Source: Desulfatiglandales bacterium
Lineage (GTDB): Bacteria; Desulfobacterota; DSM-4660; Desulfatiglandales; HGW-15
NCBI GenBank assembly: GCA_963667015.2
Contig: CAXXJJ010000004.1
Span: 2,752,001-2,816,000 of the forward strand
Length of the DNA stretch: 64,000 bases
Direction of reading: 5' to 3'
Shown: piece after piece, positions 42,043 to 51,766 of the stretch
Position numbering within the stretch: the stretch's first letter is position 1
How the letters are laid out: each line of letters opens with the position of its first letter
Position numbers and translations under genes: made by a program
The notes under the pieces: model-generated
Database searches by the model: none
Seen by the model: the letters and a program-made list of their open reading frames with translations, nothing else
Told to the model about the DNA's origin: nothing

Positions 42043-43176
42043 ATGAACAATGGAGCTGTTAACAGGTGGACACTGGCGGTTGTCGTAGCATTGATCACAA
42101 TACTGTTTCTAGCAATGATACGCCAGTTTATAATGCCGCTCATTCTTGCCGGTATCTTTTCGGCCCTGTCCTATCCCATATACAGTAAATTTGAAAAATG
42201 GTTTAAAGGACGACGCAGTCCTGCTTCTGCTGTTACAGTCATTATAATCCTTTGCGTTATCATTGTTCCGCTGTCCGGCCTTCTGACAATTGTAGCCGCT
42301 CAGGCGGTTAAGATTGGGACCATTGCAAAACCCTGGATAGAACAGCAGATTTCCGAACCGGGAACCATAACCGGCCTTCTTCAGCAGCATCTGCCCTTTT
42401 ATGAAACCATTGCAAAACCCTTTGAACAATACCATGACCAGATAATATCAAAGGCCGGGGAGCTGATCGGAAGCCTGAGCAGTTTTATTATAGACAAGTT
42501 TAAGGCGGCAACCATCGGGACTGCAAACATGATTATCAGTGTTTTTATCATGCTCTACTGTATGTTCTTTTTCCTCATAGAAGGAGATAAAATCCTTAAA
42601 AAGATTCTCTATTATCTGCCGCTTGAAGATCATGATGAACGCCGGCTGCTCGATAAATTTACATCCATTACCCGGGCCACACTGAAGGGGACACTGATCA
42701 TCGGCATCCTTCAGGGTGGACTGGCAGGACTGGCCTTTGCATTACTTGGCATTCACAGCGCCGTTTTCTGGGGCACTCTGATGGCGGTACTCTCCGTTAT
42801 CCCGAGTGTCGGGTCTGCAATAATCTGGTTCCCGACAGTCATCTACCTCCTTGTTGCCGGTCATATTGCAAAGGGGATTATCCTGTTTGTGTTCTGCGCC
42901 TTTGTAGTCGGCAGCATGGACAACCTGCTGCGACCCAAACTTGTTGGAAAAGATACCGAGATGCATGAGCTTATGATCCTTTTTGGAACCCTGGGCGGCA
43001 TTATCATGTTCGGCATGGTGGGCATGATAATAGGACCTGTTGTCGCCGGACTTTTCGTAACTGTATGGGAAATCTACGGCATGGAGTTCAGGGAAATTTT
43101 ACCGGAGGTCAAGATATTTTCTCAAAAGGAAAAAGTGGATTTATGTGAAGAAGATATTAAAGAGGATCAGGAATAA
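42043..43176 (+). CDS. AI-2E family transporter
   Basis: Multi-TM; DNLLRPKLVG, FG..GG...FG..G...GP. Confidence 0.92.
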   Translation: MNNGAVNRWTLAVVVALITILFLAMIRQFIMPLILAGIFSALSYPIYSKFEKWFKGRRSPASAVTVIIILCVIIVPLSGLLTIVAAQAVKIGTIAKPWIEQQISEPGTITGLLQQHLPFYETIAKPFEQYHDQIISKAGELIGSLSSFIIDKFKAATIGTANMIISVFIMLYCMFFFLIEGDKILKKILYYLPLEDHDERRLLDKFTSITRATLKGTLIIGILQGGLAGLAFALLGIHSAVFWGTLMAVLSVIPSVGSAIIWFPTVIYLLVAGHIAKGIILFVFCAFVVGSMDNLLRPKLVGKDTEMHELMILFGTLGGIIMFGMVGMIIGPVVAGLFVTVWEIYGMEFREILPEVKIFSQKEKVDLCEEDIKEDQE

Positions 43177-44866
43177 TCCCAAAAACGTCTTTAATACTCT
43201 TTTCAAGCGCCTCTATATCTATCGGTTTCGTTATATACCGGCTTATACCCATTGCCATTGCCTTCTCTTCATTGATACGGTCACTGTAACCGGTACATAT
43301 AATAATCGGGGTATCGTTTTTTATTTTCTTTATTTCCTGTGCAAGCTTGTCTCCCGGCATACGAGGCATTCCTATATCAGAAATTACCAGATCAAAACGT
43401 TCCGGATTTGACTTAAAAAGCTCCAGGGCCTGGAGACTGTCGGCACTGGTTTCAACTTCATATCCCCAGTTCTGCAGGATCTTCTTCCATATCATTACCA
43501 GGGAATCCTCGTCATCCACAAAAAGGATTCTCTTTTTACCATCACTTGAGTCATCCGGGCTGCCTGATAATTCCTGGTTTAAATCCTTTCCCTCTAAAAC
43601 CGGGAACAGCACCTCGATGGTTGTCCCCTTCCCTTTGGCGCTTTTTATATTTATGGCGCCATCATGCTTCTTAACAATCCCGTGGGTTATTGAAAGACCC
43701 ATCCCTGTTCTTTCAGCCAGACTCCCGGTTGTAAAGTACGGGTCAAAGATACGTCCTATTATTTTCGGGTCAATACCGCACCCTGAATCCTTTACTGTCA
43801 ACCTTACAAATCTTCCGGGTCTCAAATCTTCATATCCGGCTGCTGCTTCCTGATCAAGGGTCACGGGATTAAGACTTACTTCAAGTAAACCTGTTTCATC
43901 GGCAATCGCCTGAATGGCATTATTGCAAAGATTAATAAGAACCTGGCTTATTTCCGTTGCATCACCAAGAATCATCTCGTCCTCACATTCAATGCTCCTC
44001 CGGATTTCGACCATGGCAGGGGTTGTGGAACGAATCAGCCCTAATGCTTCGCTGATGACCTCACAGATCTTTACAGGTGTTTTTTCAGTCAGAGATTTAC
44101 GTGCAAAGTTCAGTATGTTCCTTACTATATCCTTTGCCCTTATGGATGCCCTGTTGATTTCCTTCAAAAAATCCCTCGCAGGATTCGTATCCGCTACCTC
44201 ATCCATGGCCAGTTGAATATTTCCCATTATGATAGCCAGGATATTGTTAAACTCATGGGCCACACCGCCGGCCAGTGTCCCGATTGCCTCCATTTTTTCG
44301 ACACGTTGAAGACGGGTCTCAAGTCTGATTTTCTCTTCTTCTGCCCGTTTCCGCGCGGTAATATCCCTTACAACAGCAAGAATAAGAACCTCCCCGTTCT
44401 GCTCAATAATATTTGAGTTGATTTCAACCGGAAATTTCTCTCCTGACTTTTTTATATGAATAGTTTCAAAAACAACACGACGGTTATCTAAAAGTCTTTT
44501 CCTGGTATCTGTTTTACCATGCTGTTCTACATCCATGGGGACTGTTATGTCACCGGCGGTAAGTTTTAGTAACTCTTCCCGTGCATAGCCATACCTCTCA
44601 CAGGCAGTATCGTTTACCTCCATGAATGGAGCAAATCCTTCTTTCTGATATGGATGCACAAAGACCGCATCTTTAATAGAGTTGAAGAAGGCCCTGAATC
44701 GTTCCTCATGCCATGGAGAGGTATCTGATCCGGTATTTTCAGAATATGTCTTTTGATTATTTTCTTTTTGAGCAGTATCGTTCCAGGCCTGCTTTTTTGC
44801 CATCAGCATATCCTCCGGAATATCCATCGGTAAAAACCGGATTGTTGCGTGAAAATAAAAGATCAA
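43157..44866 (-). CDS. PAS-domain hybrid sensor histidine kinase/receiver
   Basis: PAS domain, AGGVAHEFNN, NLCNNA, GMGL, receiver LFVDD...SDIGMP. The start is probably 44827 or 44803. Confidence 0.93.
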   Translation of the reverse strand: MIFYFHATIRFLPMDIPEDMLMAKKQAWNDTAQKENNQKTYSENTGSDTSPWHEERFRAFFNSIKDAVFVHPYQKEGFAPFMEVNDTACERYGYAREELLKLTAGDITVPMDVEQHGKTDTRKRLLDNRRVVFETIHIKKSGEKFPVEINSNIIEQNGEVLILAVVRDITARKRAEEEKIRLETRLQRVEKMEAIGTLAGGVAHEFNNILAIIMGNIQLAMDEVADTNPARDFLKEINRASIRAKDIVRNILNFARKSLTEKTPVKICEVISEALGLIRSTTPAMVEIRRSIECEDEMILGDATEISQVLINLCNNAIQAIADETGLLEVSLNPVTLDQEAAAGYEDLRPGRFVRLTVKDSGCGIDPKIIGRIFDPYFTTGSLAERTGMGLSITHGIVKKHDGAINIKSAKGKGTTIEVLFPVLEGKDLNQELSGSPDDSSDGKKRILFVDDEDSLVMIWKKILQNWGYEVETSADSLQALELFKSNPERFDLVISDIGMPRMPGDKLAQEIKKIKNDTPIIICTGYSDRINEEKAMAMGISRYITKPIDIEALEKSIKDVFGIIPDPL

Positions 44867-45050
44867 TTATCAGAAGGGAGTTTATTGGGTTTCCCGATAT
44901 ATTTCAAGTTAATCTCTGTAATTTCAAATTAAAAATTGTATTTGCTTGGCAGTTTTTTACTCTTTCCATCTGTGACTATTTCTGCTATATAACGATTTTT
45001 GTATCGATTTTCGGAATAAAATATTTTTTTTGACCGCCTTTTTTCGATGC

Positions 45051-45144
45051 GGAGAGATGTCCGAGCTGGCCGAAGGAGCACGACTGGAAATCGTGTGTAC
45101 TGCCAAAAGTGGTACCGAGGGTTCGAATCCCTCTCTCTCCGCCA
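45051..45144 (+). tRNA. tRNA-Ser(GGA)
   Basis: GGAGAGA acceptor, CACGA-CTGGAAA-TCGTG, long variable arm, GCCA. Confidence 0.97.
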
Positions 45145-45179
45145 TTTTTATTTATGCGATCACAAAAAGAGTAAGAAAC

Positions 45180-46802
45180 ATGGGATATGAAGTTTTTGCA
45201 AGAAAATGGCGACCTCAAATATTTCAGGATGTTCTGGGGCAGGAGCATGTAACCAGAACACTTATTAATGCCATTACTACCGACAGGCTTCACCATGCCT
45301 ACCTGTTCAGCGGCGCACGGGGTGTCGGCAAGACATCTATTGCCCGTATTCTTGCCAAGGCAATCAACTGTAAACACGGTGAAAACGGCAATCCATGCAA
45401 TAAGTGCGAATCATGCCTGGACATTTCCGCAGGGTCTGCCATGGATGTGCAGGAAATCGACGGCGCCTCAAACAGGGGTATAGATGAAATAAGGGAGCTG
45501 AGAGAAAACATCAAGCACATGCCCTCATCCGGTAAATACAGGGTGTATATTATTGATGAAGTTCACATGCTTACGCTCCAGGCATTCAATGCACTTTTAA
45601 AGACACTTGAAGAACCGCCGCCCCATGTTAAATTTATTTTTGCAACAACAGAACCTCACAAGGTGCCCATAACCATCCTGTCAAGGTGCCAGAGATTTGA
45701 TTTCAAGAGAATCCCTCAAAACACCATTGTCAGACAGCTTGAAAAGATTACCTCTGAGGAAAATATAGATATTACACGGCAGGGGCTAAGCCTGATTGCC
45801 AGGGAGGCTGACGGCGGAATGAGGGATGCCGTGAGTCTGCTGGATCAGGTAATATCTTTTTCAGGGTCCAGGATAAACAATGAAAACATCGCCGATATTC
45901 TTGGGATTATTGACAGCGAGTTGATATTCAAGGCGACAGAGGCAATCATAGATGGCAAATCGGATGAATGCATCGATATTGTAAACCAGATTTATCACTT
46001 CGGGTATGATATCAAGGAATTTTACAAGGCGCTTATGGATCATTTCAGGAATCTTATGATCTGCCTTGTTGCTCCCGATAAAGACCTTCTGGATATTGCC
46101 GAAGACGGCAAAAAAGAACTCCTGTCCCAGGCACAAAAGGCAGGGCTTGAAAAAATTCAGCAAAGCCTTAACATACTTATCACAAAGGAAGAGGCATTCA
46201 GGTTCACATCCCACGCAAGGCTTGTGCTTGAGACTATAATGATAAAGCTTTCAAGGCTCGGGAATATGCTTTCGGTCGGGGATCTTCTTGAAAAACTTGA
46301 ATCCCTTGAAAAACGCATGGGAAGCGGTGCTGTTAACATCCCGGATGTTACAGCAGATAAAAAAAAAACTGAAAACCTGATATCTGAACCGGAAACAGTA
46401 TGGGAACCTCCTCCGCCGGCTGCTGAAAAACCTGCACCCGGCCCCCCTTCTAAAAACAGGGGATGGGAAGGATTCCTGAAACATGTATCATCCGGTAACA
46501 AGGGCATGTACGCGGTCCTGAAGGACTGTAAACTCATTGAAGAGACAGATAAGGGGATAGAGATAGAACGGACTAATTCACCATTTTCGATCCGCTATCT
46601 CAATGACCCCGAAAACATGGAAAAGCTGAACAACTTCTGCAAAGAATATTATGAAAGGGATATCAGGGTCACAATAAAAGTGCCCGAGGAAACAGCAACC
46701 CGAAAGGAACCCGAACAGATTAAAAAACAGGAGATTCCTCAATCTGTCAGGGAAGTGCTTAGTGTGTTTAAAGGTGAATTAAAAGAAAATCCGACAGGAT
46801 AA
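45180..46802 (+). CDS. dnaX: DNA polymerase III subunits gamma/tau
   Basis: ARKWRPQ.F, GARGVGKT, IIDEVHML, ILSRCQ. Start set at ATG 45180 because the longer ORF runs through the tRNA. Confidence 0.97.
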   Translation: MGYEVFARKWRPQIFQDVLGQEHVTRTLINAITTDRLHHAYLFSGARGVGKTSIARILAKAINCKHGENGNPCNKCESCLDISAGSAMDVQEIDGASNRGIDEIRELRENIKHMPSSGKYRVYIIDEVHMLTLQAFNALLKTLEEPPPHVKFIFATTEPHKVPITILSRCQRFDFKRIPQNTIVRQLEKITSEENIDITRQGLSLIAREADGGMRDAVSLLDQVISFSGSRINNENIADILGIIDSELIFKATEAIIDGKSDECIDIVNQIYHFGYDIKEFYKALMDHFRNLMICLVAPDKDLLDIAEDGKKELLSQAQKAGLEKIQQSLNILITKEEAFRFTSHARLVLETIMIKLSRLGNMLSVGDLLEKLESLEKRMGSGAVNIPDVTADKKKTENLISEPETVWEPPPPAAEKPAPGPPSKNRGWEGFLKHVSSGNKGMYAVLKDCKLIEETDKGIEIERTNSPFSIRYLNDPENMEKLNNFCKEYYERDIRVTIKVPEETATRKEPEQIKKQEIPQSVREVLSVFKGELKENPTG

Positions 46803-46830
46803 AAAAAGAATTTTATAGAAGGAGAATAAT

Positions 46831-47160
46831 ATGAAGGGAATGCCAAACATGGGAAACCTCATGAAGCAGGCGCAGCAGTTTCAGAATAAAATGGCCAAAC
46901 TTCAGCAGGAACTCGAAAAAAAGACCATTGAGGCCACATCCGGCGGAGGGATGGTAACGGTTGTTGTTAACGGACAGCAGGAGCTGATCTCAATAAAAAT
47001 TGATCCTGAAGTGGTTGATCCTGAAGATATCGATATGCTCCAGGACCTTGTGCTTGCAGCAGTCAATGACGGAATGGCACGCGCCAAAAAAATGGTAAAC
47101 GATGAAATGGGAAAACTGACCGGGGGTCTGAATCTCCCGAATATCCCGGGCTTGATGTAA
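46831..47160 (+). CDS. ybaB: YbaB/EbfC nucleoid-associated protein
   Basis: SGGGMV, DMLQDLVLAAVN; lies between dnaX and recR. Confidence 0.96.
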   Translation: MKGMPNMGNLMKQAQQFQNKMAKLQQELEKKTIEATSGGGMVTVVVNGQQELISIKIDPEVVDPEDIDMLQDLVLAAVNDGMARAKKMVNDEMGKLTGGLNLPNIPGLM

Positions 47161-47184
47161 AGATCTGACAGGCAGCATTTTGAT

Positions 47185-47784
47185 ATGGATATATACCCTC
47201 CACCTCTTGAAAGGTTAATCAAACAGCTCTCAAGGCTTCCGGGAATCGGCCAAAAATCCGCTACAAGAATGGCGTTATACATACTGAACAGTAACAAGGA
47301 ACTGTCTGAAAGCCTTTCAAGAAGCCTTATCGAGGTCAAGGAACAGATCAGGTTCTGCTCTGTATGTTTCAATTTTACAGATACCGATCCATGTTCTGTC
47401 TGCAGCGACAGCCGCCGGTCAGGAAATGTAATATGTGTTGTAGAGGGGCCCGGCGATCAGCTTGCAATCGAAGAGACCGGCGTGTTCAAGGGCAGATACC
47501 ATGTCCTGCATGGTGTACTGTCTCCGCTGGACGGCATTGGTCCCGAAGACATTAAAATAGGTGAACTCCTGGCACGCTGCAATAATGAAGATATCGAAGA
47601 AGTTGTCCTTGCTATAAATCCGTCCACGCAGGGAGAGGCGACATCATCCTACCTGGCGGATCTTCTGTCACAGAAAAATATCAGGGTCACAAGAATTGCC
47701 CTGGGTATACCCGTGGGCGGGGATCTTAAATATATGGATTACATGACCCTCAGGCATTCATTCAACAGCCGCACCCGGATTTGA
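47185..47784 (+). CDS. recR: recombination protein RecR
   Basis: LPGIGQKSA, C4 zinc finger, YHVLHG, Toprim domain. Confidence 0.97.
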   Translation: MDIYPPPLERLIKQLSRLPGIGQKSATRMALYILNSNKELSESLSRSLIEVKEQIRFCSVCFNFTDTDPCSVCSDSRRSGNVICVVEGPGDQLAIEETGVFKGRYHVLHGVLSPLDGIGPEDIKIGELLARCNNEDIEEVVLAINPSTQGEATSSYLADLLSQKNIRVTRIALGIPVGGDLKYMDYMTLRHSFNSRTRI

Positions 47785-49163
47785 AAATGATCCCGGAAGA
47801 AGCGCTGGCCGAGTTAAAAAGTATCCTTAGACCCGATTGTCTTTTAACAGGCCGGGCCGATCTGGAGGAATATTCAGGTGACAGTACAAAGCTGAAATAC
47901 ACGGCAGATGCGGTTGCCTTTCCATCCACAGATGAAGAGATATCCAGGATATTTCGGCTGGCAAACAGGATCTATTTTCCTGTCATTCCCAGGGGCGGGG
48001 GGAGCGGTAAATCAGGCGGCGCCCTGCCTGTAAAGGGCGGTCTTGTCCTGGCAATGGATAAATTTAACAGTATCCTTGAAATCGACAGAGAAAACCTGAT
48101 TGCCAGGGTAGAGCCTTTTGTAATAACCGAACACCTTCAAAATGAGGTTGAAAAACTCGGCCTGTTTTATCCCCCTGATCCGGCAAGTGCCGATGTCTCC
48201 ACACTGGGAGGAAATGTTGCCGAGTGTGCCGGAGGACTGAGAGGGTTAAAATATGGTGTAACAGGAGATTATGTTTTAGGTCTTACAGTCGTGCTTCCGA
48301 CAGGAGAGATAATAAAAACAGGTGTTGAAACCATGAAGGGTGTGGCAGGGTATGACCTTACCAGCCTCATTGTGGGTTCCGAGGGAACACTGGCAGTTAT
48401 AACATCAATTACACTTAAGCTGCTTCCCAAACCCGAGTCCAAAAGGACAATGATTGTTTTTTTTAAAGATATCAGGACAGCCGCTGAAAACGTTTCGAGT
48501 ATAATAAAAGGCAAGGTTATTCCAGCCACGCTCGAATTCCTGGATAGCCAGATCATTAATTTAATCCGACCCCGCCTTGATTTTAAGATACCTGAAAATA
48601 CAGAGGCCATCCTTCTGATCGAGGTTGACGGTGATGACCAGCTGGCAGCAAAGGATGCAGAAAAGGTAAAAGAAATCTGCATGAGTTCTGGAGCTATAGA
48701 GTTCCGTCTGGCAGCAGATGAAAATGAAGTTGAAAGAATCTGGGATGCGCGAAGACAGGTATCACCTTCCCTGCTTGAGCTTAAACCCGGCAAGATAAGC
48801 GAAGATATAGTCGTACCCAGAAACCGCATTCCTGACCTTGTAGATTTTCTGGAAGCACTCAGCGACATGCATGGGTTACCCATCCCTTCCTACGGGCACG
48901 CAGGGGACGGAAATATTCACGTGAATATTTTACTGGACAGCAGCAATCCGGATGAAAAGAGCAAAGGTGAGACAATCGTAAGGGAGCTGTTTAAAAAGGT
49001 CATTGAACTTGGCGGAACGATAACGGGCGAACATGGAATAGGCATAACAAAGGCCGAATTTCTTGAAATGGAAATATCCAGACCCGCGATCGATCTTATG
49101 AAGCGTATTAAAGAATCTTTTGACCCGAATAATGTTCTTAATCCGGGGAAAATATTTAAATAA
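47781..49163 (+). CDS. GlcD/LdhD-like FAD-linked 2-hydroxyacid oxidase
   Basis: YPPDPAS, GSEGTL, GHAGDGNIH, GEHGIG, NPGK. Confidence 0.93.
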   Translation: MKMIPEEALAELKSILRPDCLLTGRADLEEYSGDSTKLKYTADAVAFPSTDEEISRIFRLANRIYFPVIPRGGGSGKSGGALPVKGGLVLAMDKFNSILEIDRENLIARVEPFVITEHLQNEVEKLGLFYPPDPASADVSTLGGNVAECAGGLRGLKYGVTGDYVLGLTVVLPTGEIIKTGVETMKGVAGYDLTSLIVGSEGTLAVITSITLKLLPKPESKRTMIVFFKDIRTAAENVSSIIKGKVIPATLEFLDSQIINLIRPRLDFKIPENTEAILLIEVDGDDQLAAKDAEKVKEICMSSGAIEFRLAADENEVERIWDARRQVSPSLLELKPGKISEDIVVPRNRIPDLVDFLEALSDMHGLPIPSYGHAGDGNIHVNILLDSSNPDEKSKGETIVRELFKKVIELGGTITGEHGIGITKAEFLEMEISRPAIDLMKRIKESFDPNNVLNPGKIFK

Positions 49164-49211
49164 CAGCAAAACACTTTATAATAAAAAATATACCAGGGAT
49201 AAATATTCAAA

Positions 49212-50030
49212 ATGGACAGCATATCAGCCTTAATACTTGGAATCATTCAGGGACTTACCGAATTTCTACCAGTAAGCAGTTCCGGTCATCTTGTCATATT
49301 TCAGCAATTCCTTCCTGTTAATGAAGCCGAGGTACTTTTTGATGTAACTCTCCATGTAGGCACTCTCCTGGCTGTACTTATATTTTTCAGGACCGATCTC
49401 AGGAAAATGATAAATGAGTCCTATGCTTACCTGACCGGCCTTGCACAAAAAAAAGAAACCCTGTCATCAATAAAAGAAAGACCTCACGCCCTTCTTGCTT
49501 TCTGGGTAATTATTGGAACATTGCCAACAGTTTTTATCGGATTTGCCTTCAAGGATCAGCTTGAAAATTTATTCGGTGATCCTAAAAGAGCTGCATGGAT
49601 GCTGATAATCACAGGAATACTTCTGGTAATTTCAAAAATGCTGCCTGCCGGTTATACAAAAAGAAATAATGTGGGCCTTTTTACAGCACTTGCGGTAGGG
49701 CTGGTCCAGGGCCTGGCGATCACTCCCGGAATATCCAGGTCAGGCTCTACAATAGTATGTGCCATGGTCTGCGGCATGGACAGGGAACTTGCAGGCAGAT
49801 TTTCTTTTCTCCTGTCAATACCTGCGATTACAGGCGCTATGATACTTCAGCTTGCATCAAAGGATCTTGGGTCCATTGGATTTATACCACTGATTATCGG
49901 TTTTCTGTCTGCAGCCCTGATCGGTTTTTTTGCACTTAAATTTCTTATGATAGTTGTAAAAAAAGGAAATTTATTGTGGTTTGCCCCCTATTGCTGGGTG
50001 CTTGGCCTGTCAATAATCTTCTTTCTTTAG
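49212..50030 (+). CDS. uppP: undecaprenyl-diphosphate phosphatase
   Basis: QGLTEFLPVSSSGH, PGISRSG.T, FSFLLSIPA. Confidence 0.97.
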   Translation: MDSISALILGIIQGLTEFLPVSSSGHLVIFQQFLPVNEAEVLFDVTLHVGTLLAVLIFFRTDLRKMINESYAYLTGLAQKKETLSSIKERPHALLAFWVIIGTLPTVFIGFAFKDQLENLFGDPKRAAWMLIITGILLVISKMLPAGYTKRNNVGLFTALAVGLVQGLAITPGISRSGSTIVCAMVCGMDRELAGRFSFLLSIPAITGAMILQLASKDLGSIGFIPLIIGFLSAALIGFFALKFLMIVVKKGNLLWFAPYCWVLGLSIIFFL

Positions 50031-50037
50031 CCCGGCC

Positions 50038-50193
50038 GGTTAAACAGGAACAGCTAATTCCTGTTTAACCCTCGACAGGAAGCTCAGGTTCCTATGTCAA
50101 AACTGTTATAATATTAACCTGTTAACCTCTGATCGGACACTCCCGGAACCTCTATTTTTAGCTCATTTTTTCAACAGGAACTATCAGTTCCTG
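50038..50193. promoter_or_regulatory. putative enhancer sites CAGGAA-N7-TTCCTG
   Basis: Copies at 50045-50063, 50076-50094 and 50175-50193; a weak one at 50143-50161. Confidence 0.7.
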
Positions 50194-50227
50194 CCAAAAC
50201 TCGTCATAAATACTTATTTAACTTTAA

Positions 50228-50263
50228 TTTCAACAAGTTATCACATCCGGCACGTTAATTGCT
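50228..50263 (+). promoter_or_regulatory. sigma54 (-24/-12) promoter with upstream IHF-like site
   Basis: CCGGCACGTTAATTGCT (GG-N10-GC) at 50247-50263; TTTCAACAAGTTA at 50228-50240. Confidence 0.8.
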
Positions 50264-50394
50264 TTGCGTGGATAGATTCATTGAAAATATGCCCTGCGGA
50301 TCATGGAATCACATGAAGGCAGAAAGATAATATTAACCTGTTTATATCTTTTGATTGAGGCGCAGGAGTAATCCTGACCAAAGGAGTTACAACT

Positions 50395-50787
50395 ATGAAT
50401 GTAAGTACACTAAAAACAGTCGAAGCAGCAGAGCCTGCCCCATGGGGAATCCTTTCCAGTATTGATCTTTATGGATGCAACCCTGATACGATCAGGAATG
50501 CAGATCTTATTAAAAAATTTGTTGCGGAACTTTGTGATTTAATCGAAATGAAACGTTTTGGCGAGACGGTTGTTGTACATTTCGGCGAAGATGAAAAGGT
50601 CGCCGGTTTTTCAATGACCCAGCTCATTGAGACATCACTTATATCAGCACATTTCGCAAACCTTACCAATACAACCTATCTGGATGTCTTCAGCTGCAAG
50701 TATTATGATTCACAGGTAGTTGCTGACTTTGCAAAAGATTTCTTTGATGCGGATGAGGTCCGTCTCCAGGTCCTTAACAGACGATGA
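50395..50787 (+). CDS. pyruvoyl-dependent decarboxylase, AdoMetDC (SpeD) family; substrate unproven
   Basis: IDLYGC, QLIETS.ISAH self-cleavage region, YLDVFSC. Confidence 0.88.
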   Translation: MNVSTLKTVEAAEPAPWGILSSIDLYGCNPDTIRNADLIKKFVAELCDLIEMKRFGETVVVHFGEDEKVAGFSMTQLIETSLISAHFANLTNTTYLDVFSCKYYDSQVVADFAKDFFDADEVRLQVLNRR

Positions 50788-51764
50788 TAGAGAGCCGGGT
50801 ATTAACGGATCCCTATTCATGTGAGAGGCTCTGGAAAACCTTTATTCCCGTCAGGTCCATTTCCGACCTGTGGGAATTCCGCATGTGTTTCCAGCGTTAT
50901 TTTAAAAACAGATTCTGTTTCCATGTTATGGAGGAAGGAGGTAATATCTATGGCGTGCTGCCTTTATCGCACATCGACAGCCTGGATATAATGACCTTTT
51001 TCCCAGGAGAAACATGGAAGAACAAAACCTGGCTTGAGAGAACACCCATATATGCAATAAACCAGGATATTCTTTACCGGCTGCTGTCAGACTGTACTGA
51101 ACGGACATATCTGAGATATATTGAATGCGATCCCGGATACCTTTCCGAATATATGACAGCAGATGAAACAGGGTACGTTGTTTACCCGGGCCTGCTCAAC
51201 TATGACAGGGAAAACTATCGAACCCGTTTTTCAAATAAAAAGTTTAAAGGCATTATGAGGGATGTAAACAATATCCGTGATATGGGTGCTACCTTTCATA
51301 TTAACCGGATTGAAGACTTTGAGCTGCTTGTTGAAATGAGCATTGAGCGCTATGGATCCGACTCCTATCTTGAGGATTCCCGTTTCAGAAACAGTTTCAG
51401 GGATATAATCAGATTTCTAAGTCAAAAGGGATACCTTAAAATGGTCAGCCTGGAGCTGGAAGGAAAAACCATGGCGGTTGATGTGGGAGCAATATACAAT
51501 GGTGTATATACAATCTTTCTTGGAGGTATTTTTTCCAGTGTGCCAGGCCTTCCCAAGGCAATGAACATGTATCATATCGATTACGCATTAAAAAACAGGA
51601 TCAACAAAGTAGATTTCCTGTGCGGGGATTTTAACTGGAAAAAACTGTGGCACCTTGATGAGGAACCGTTGTTCAAGCTTGTCTCTCCGGACCTGGAGGA
51701 AATTACTCCAATGTATGATATCAGTATTCCTGACCATATTGCAGAGGGAATGGAAATTCATTAA
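50784..51764 (+). CDS. GNAT-fold acyltransferase (CelD/BcsL/FemAB-like)
   Basis: C-terminal GNAT-like region ending KVDFLCGDFNWKKLW; ATGA-coupled to the upstream gene. Confidence 0.72.
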   Translation: MIESRVLTDPYSCERLWKTFIPVRSISDLWEFRMCFQRYFKNRFCFHVMEEGGNIYGVLPLSHIDSLDIMTFFPGETWKNKTWLERTPIYAINQDILYRLLSDCTERTYLRYIECDPGYLSEYMTADETGYVVYPGLLNYDRENYRTRFSNKKFKGIMRDVNNIRDMGATFHINRIEDFELLVEMSIERYGSDSYLEDSRFRNSFRDIIRFLSQKGYLKMVSLELEGKTMAVDVGAIYNGVYTIFLGGIFSSVPGLPKAMNMYHIDYALKNRINKVDFLCGDFNWKKLWHLDEEPLFKLVSPDLEEITPMYDISIPDHIAEGMEIH

Positions 51765-51766
51765 AA

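Noticed and set aside
45030..45179. N-terminal extension of DnaX in the ORF track
   Set aside because: It runs through tRNA-Ser(GGA); the conserved N-terminus begins at ATG 45180.
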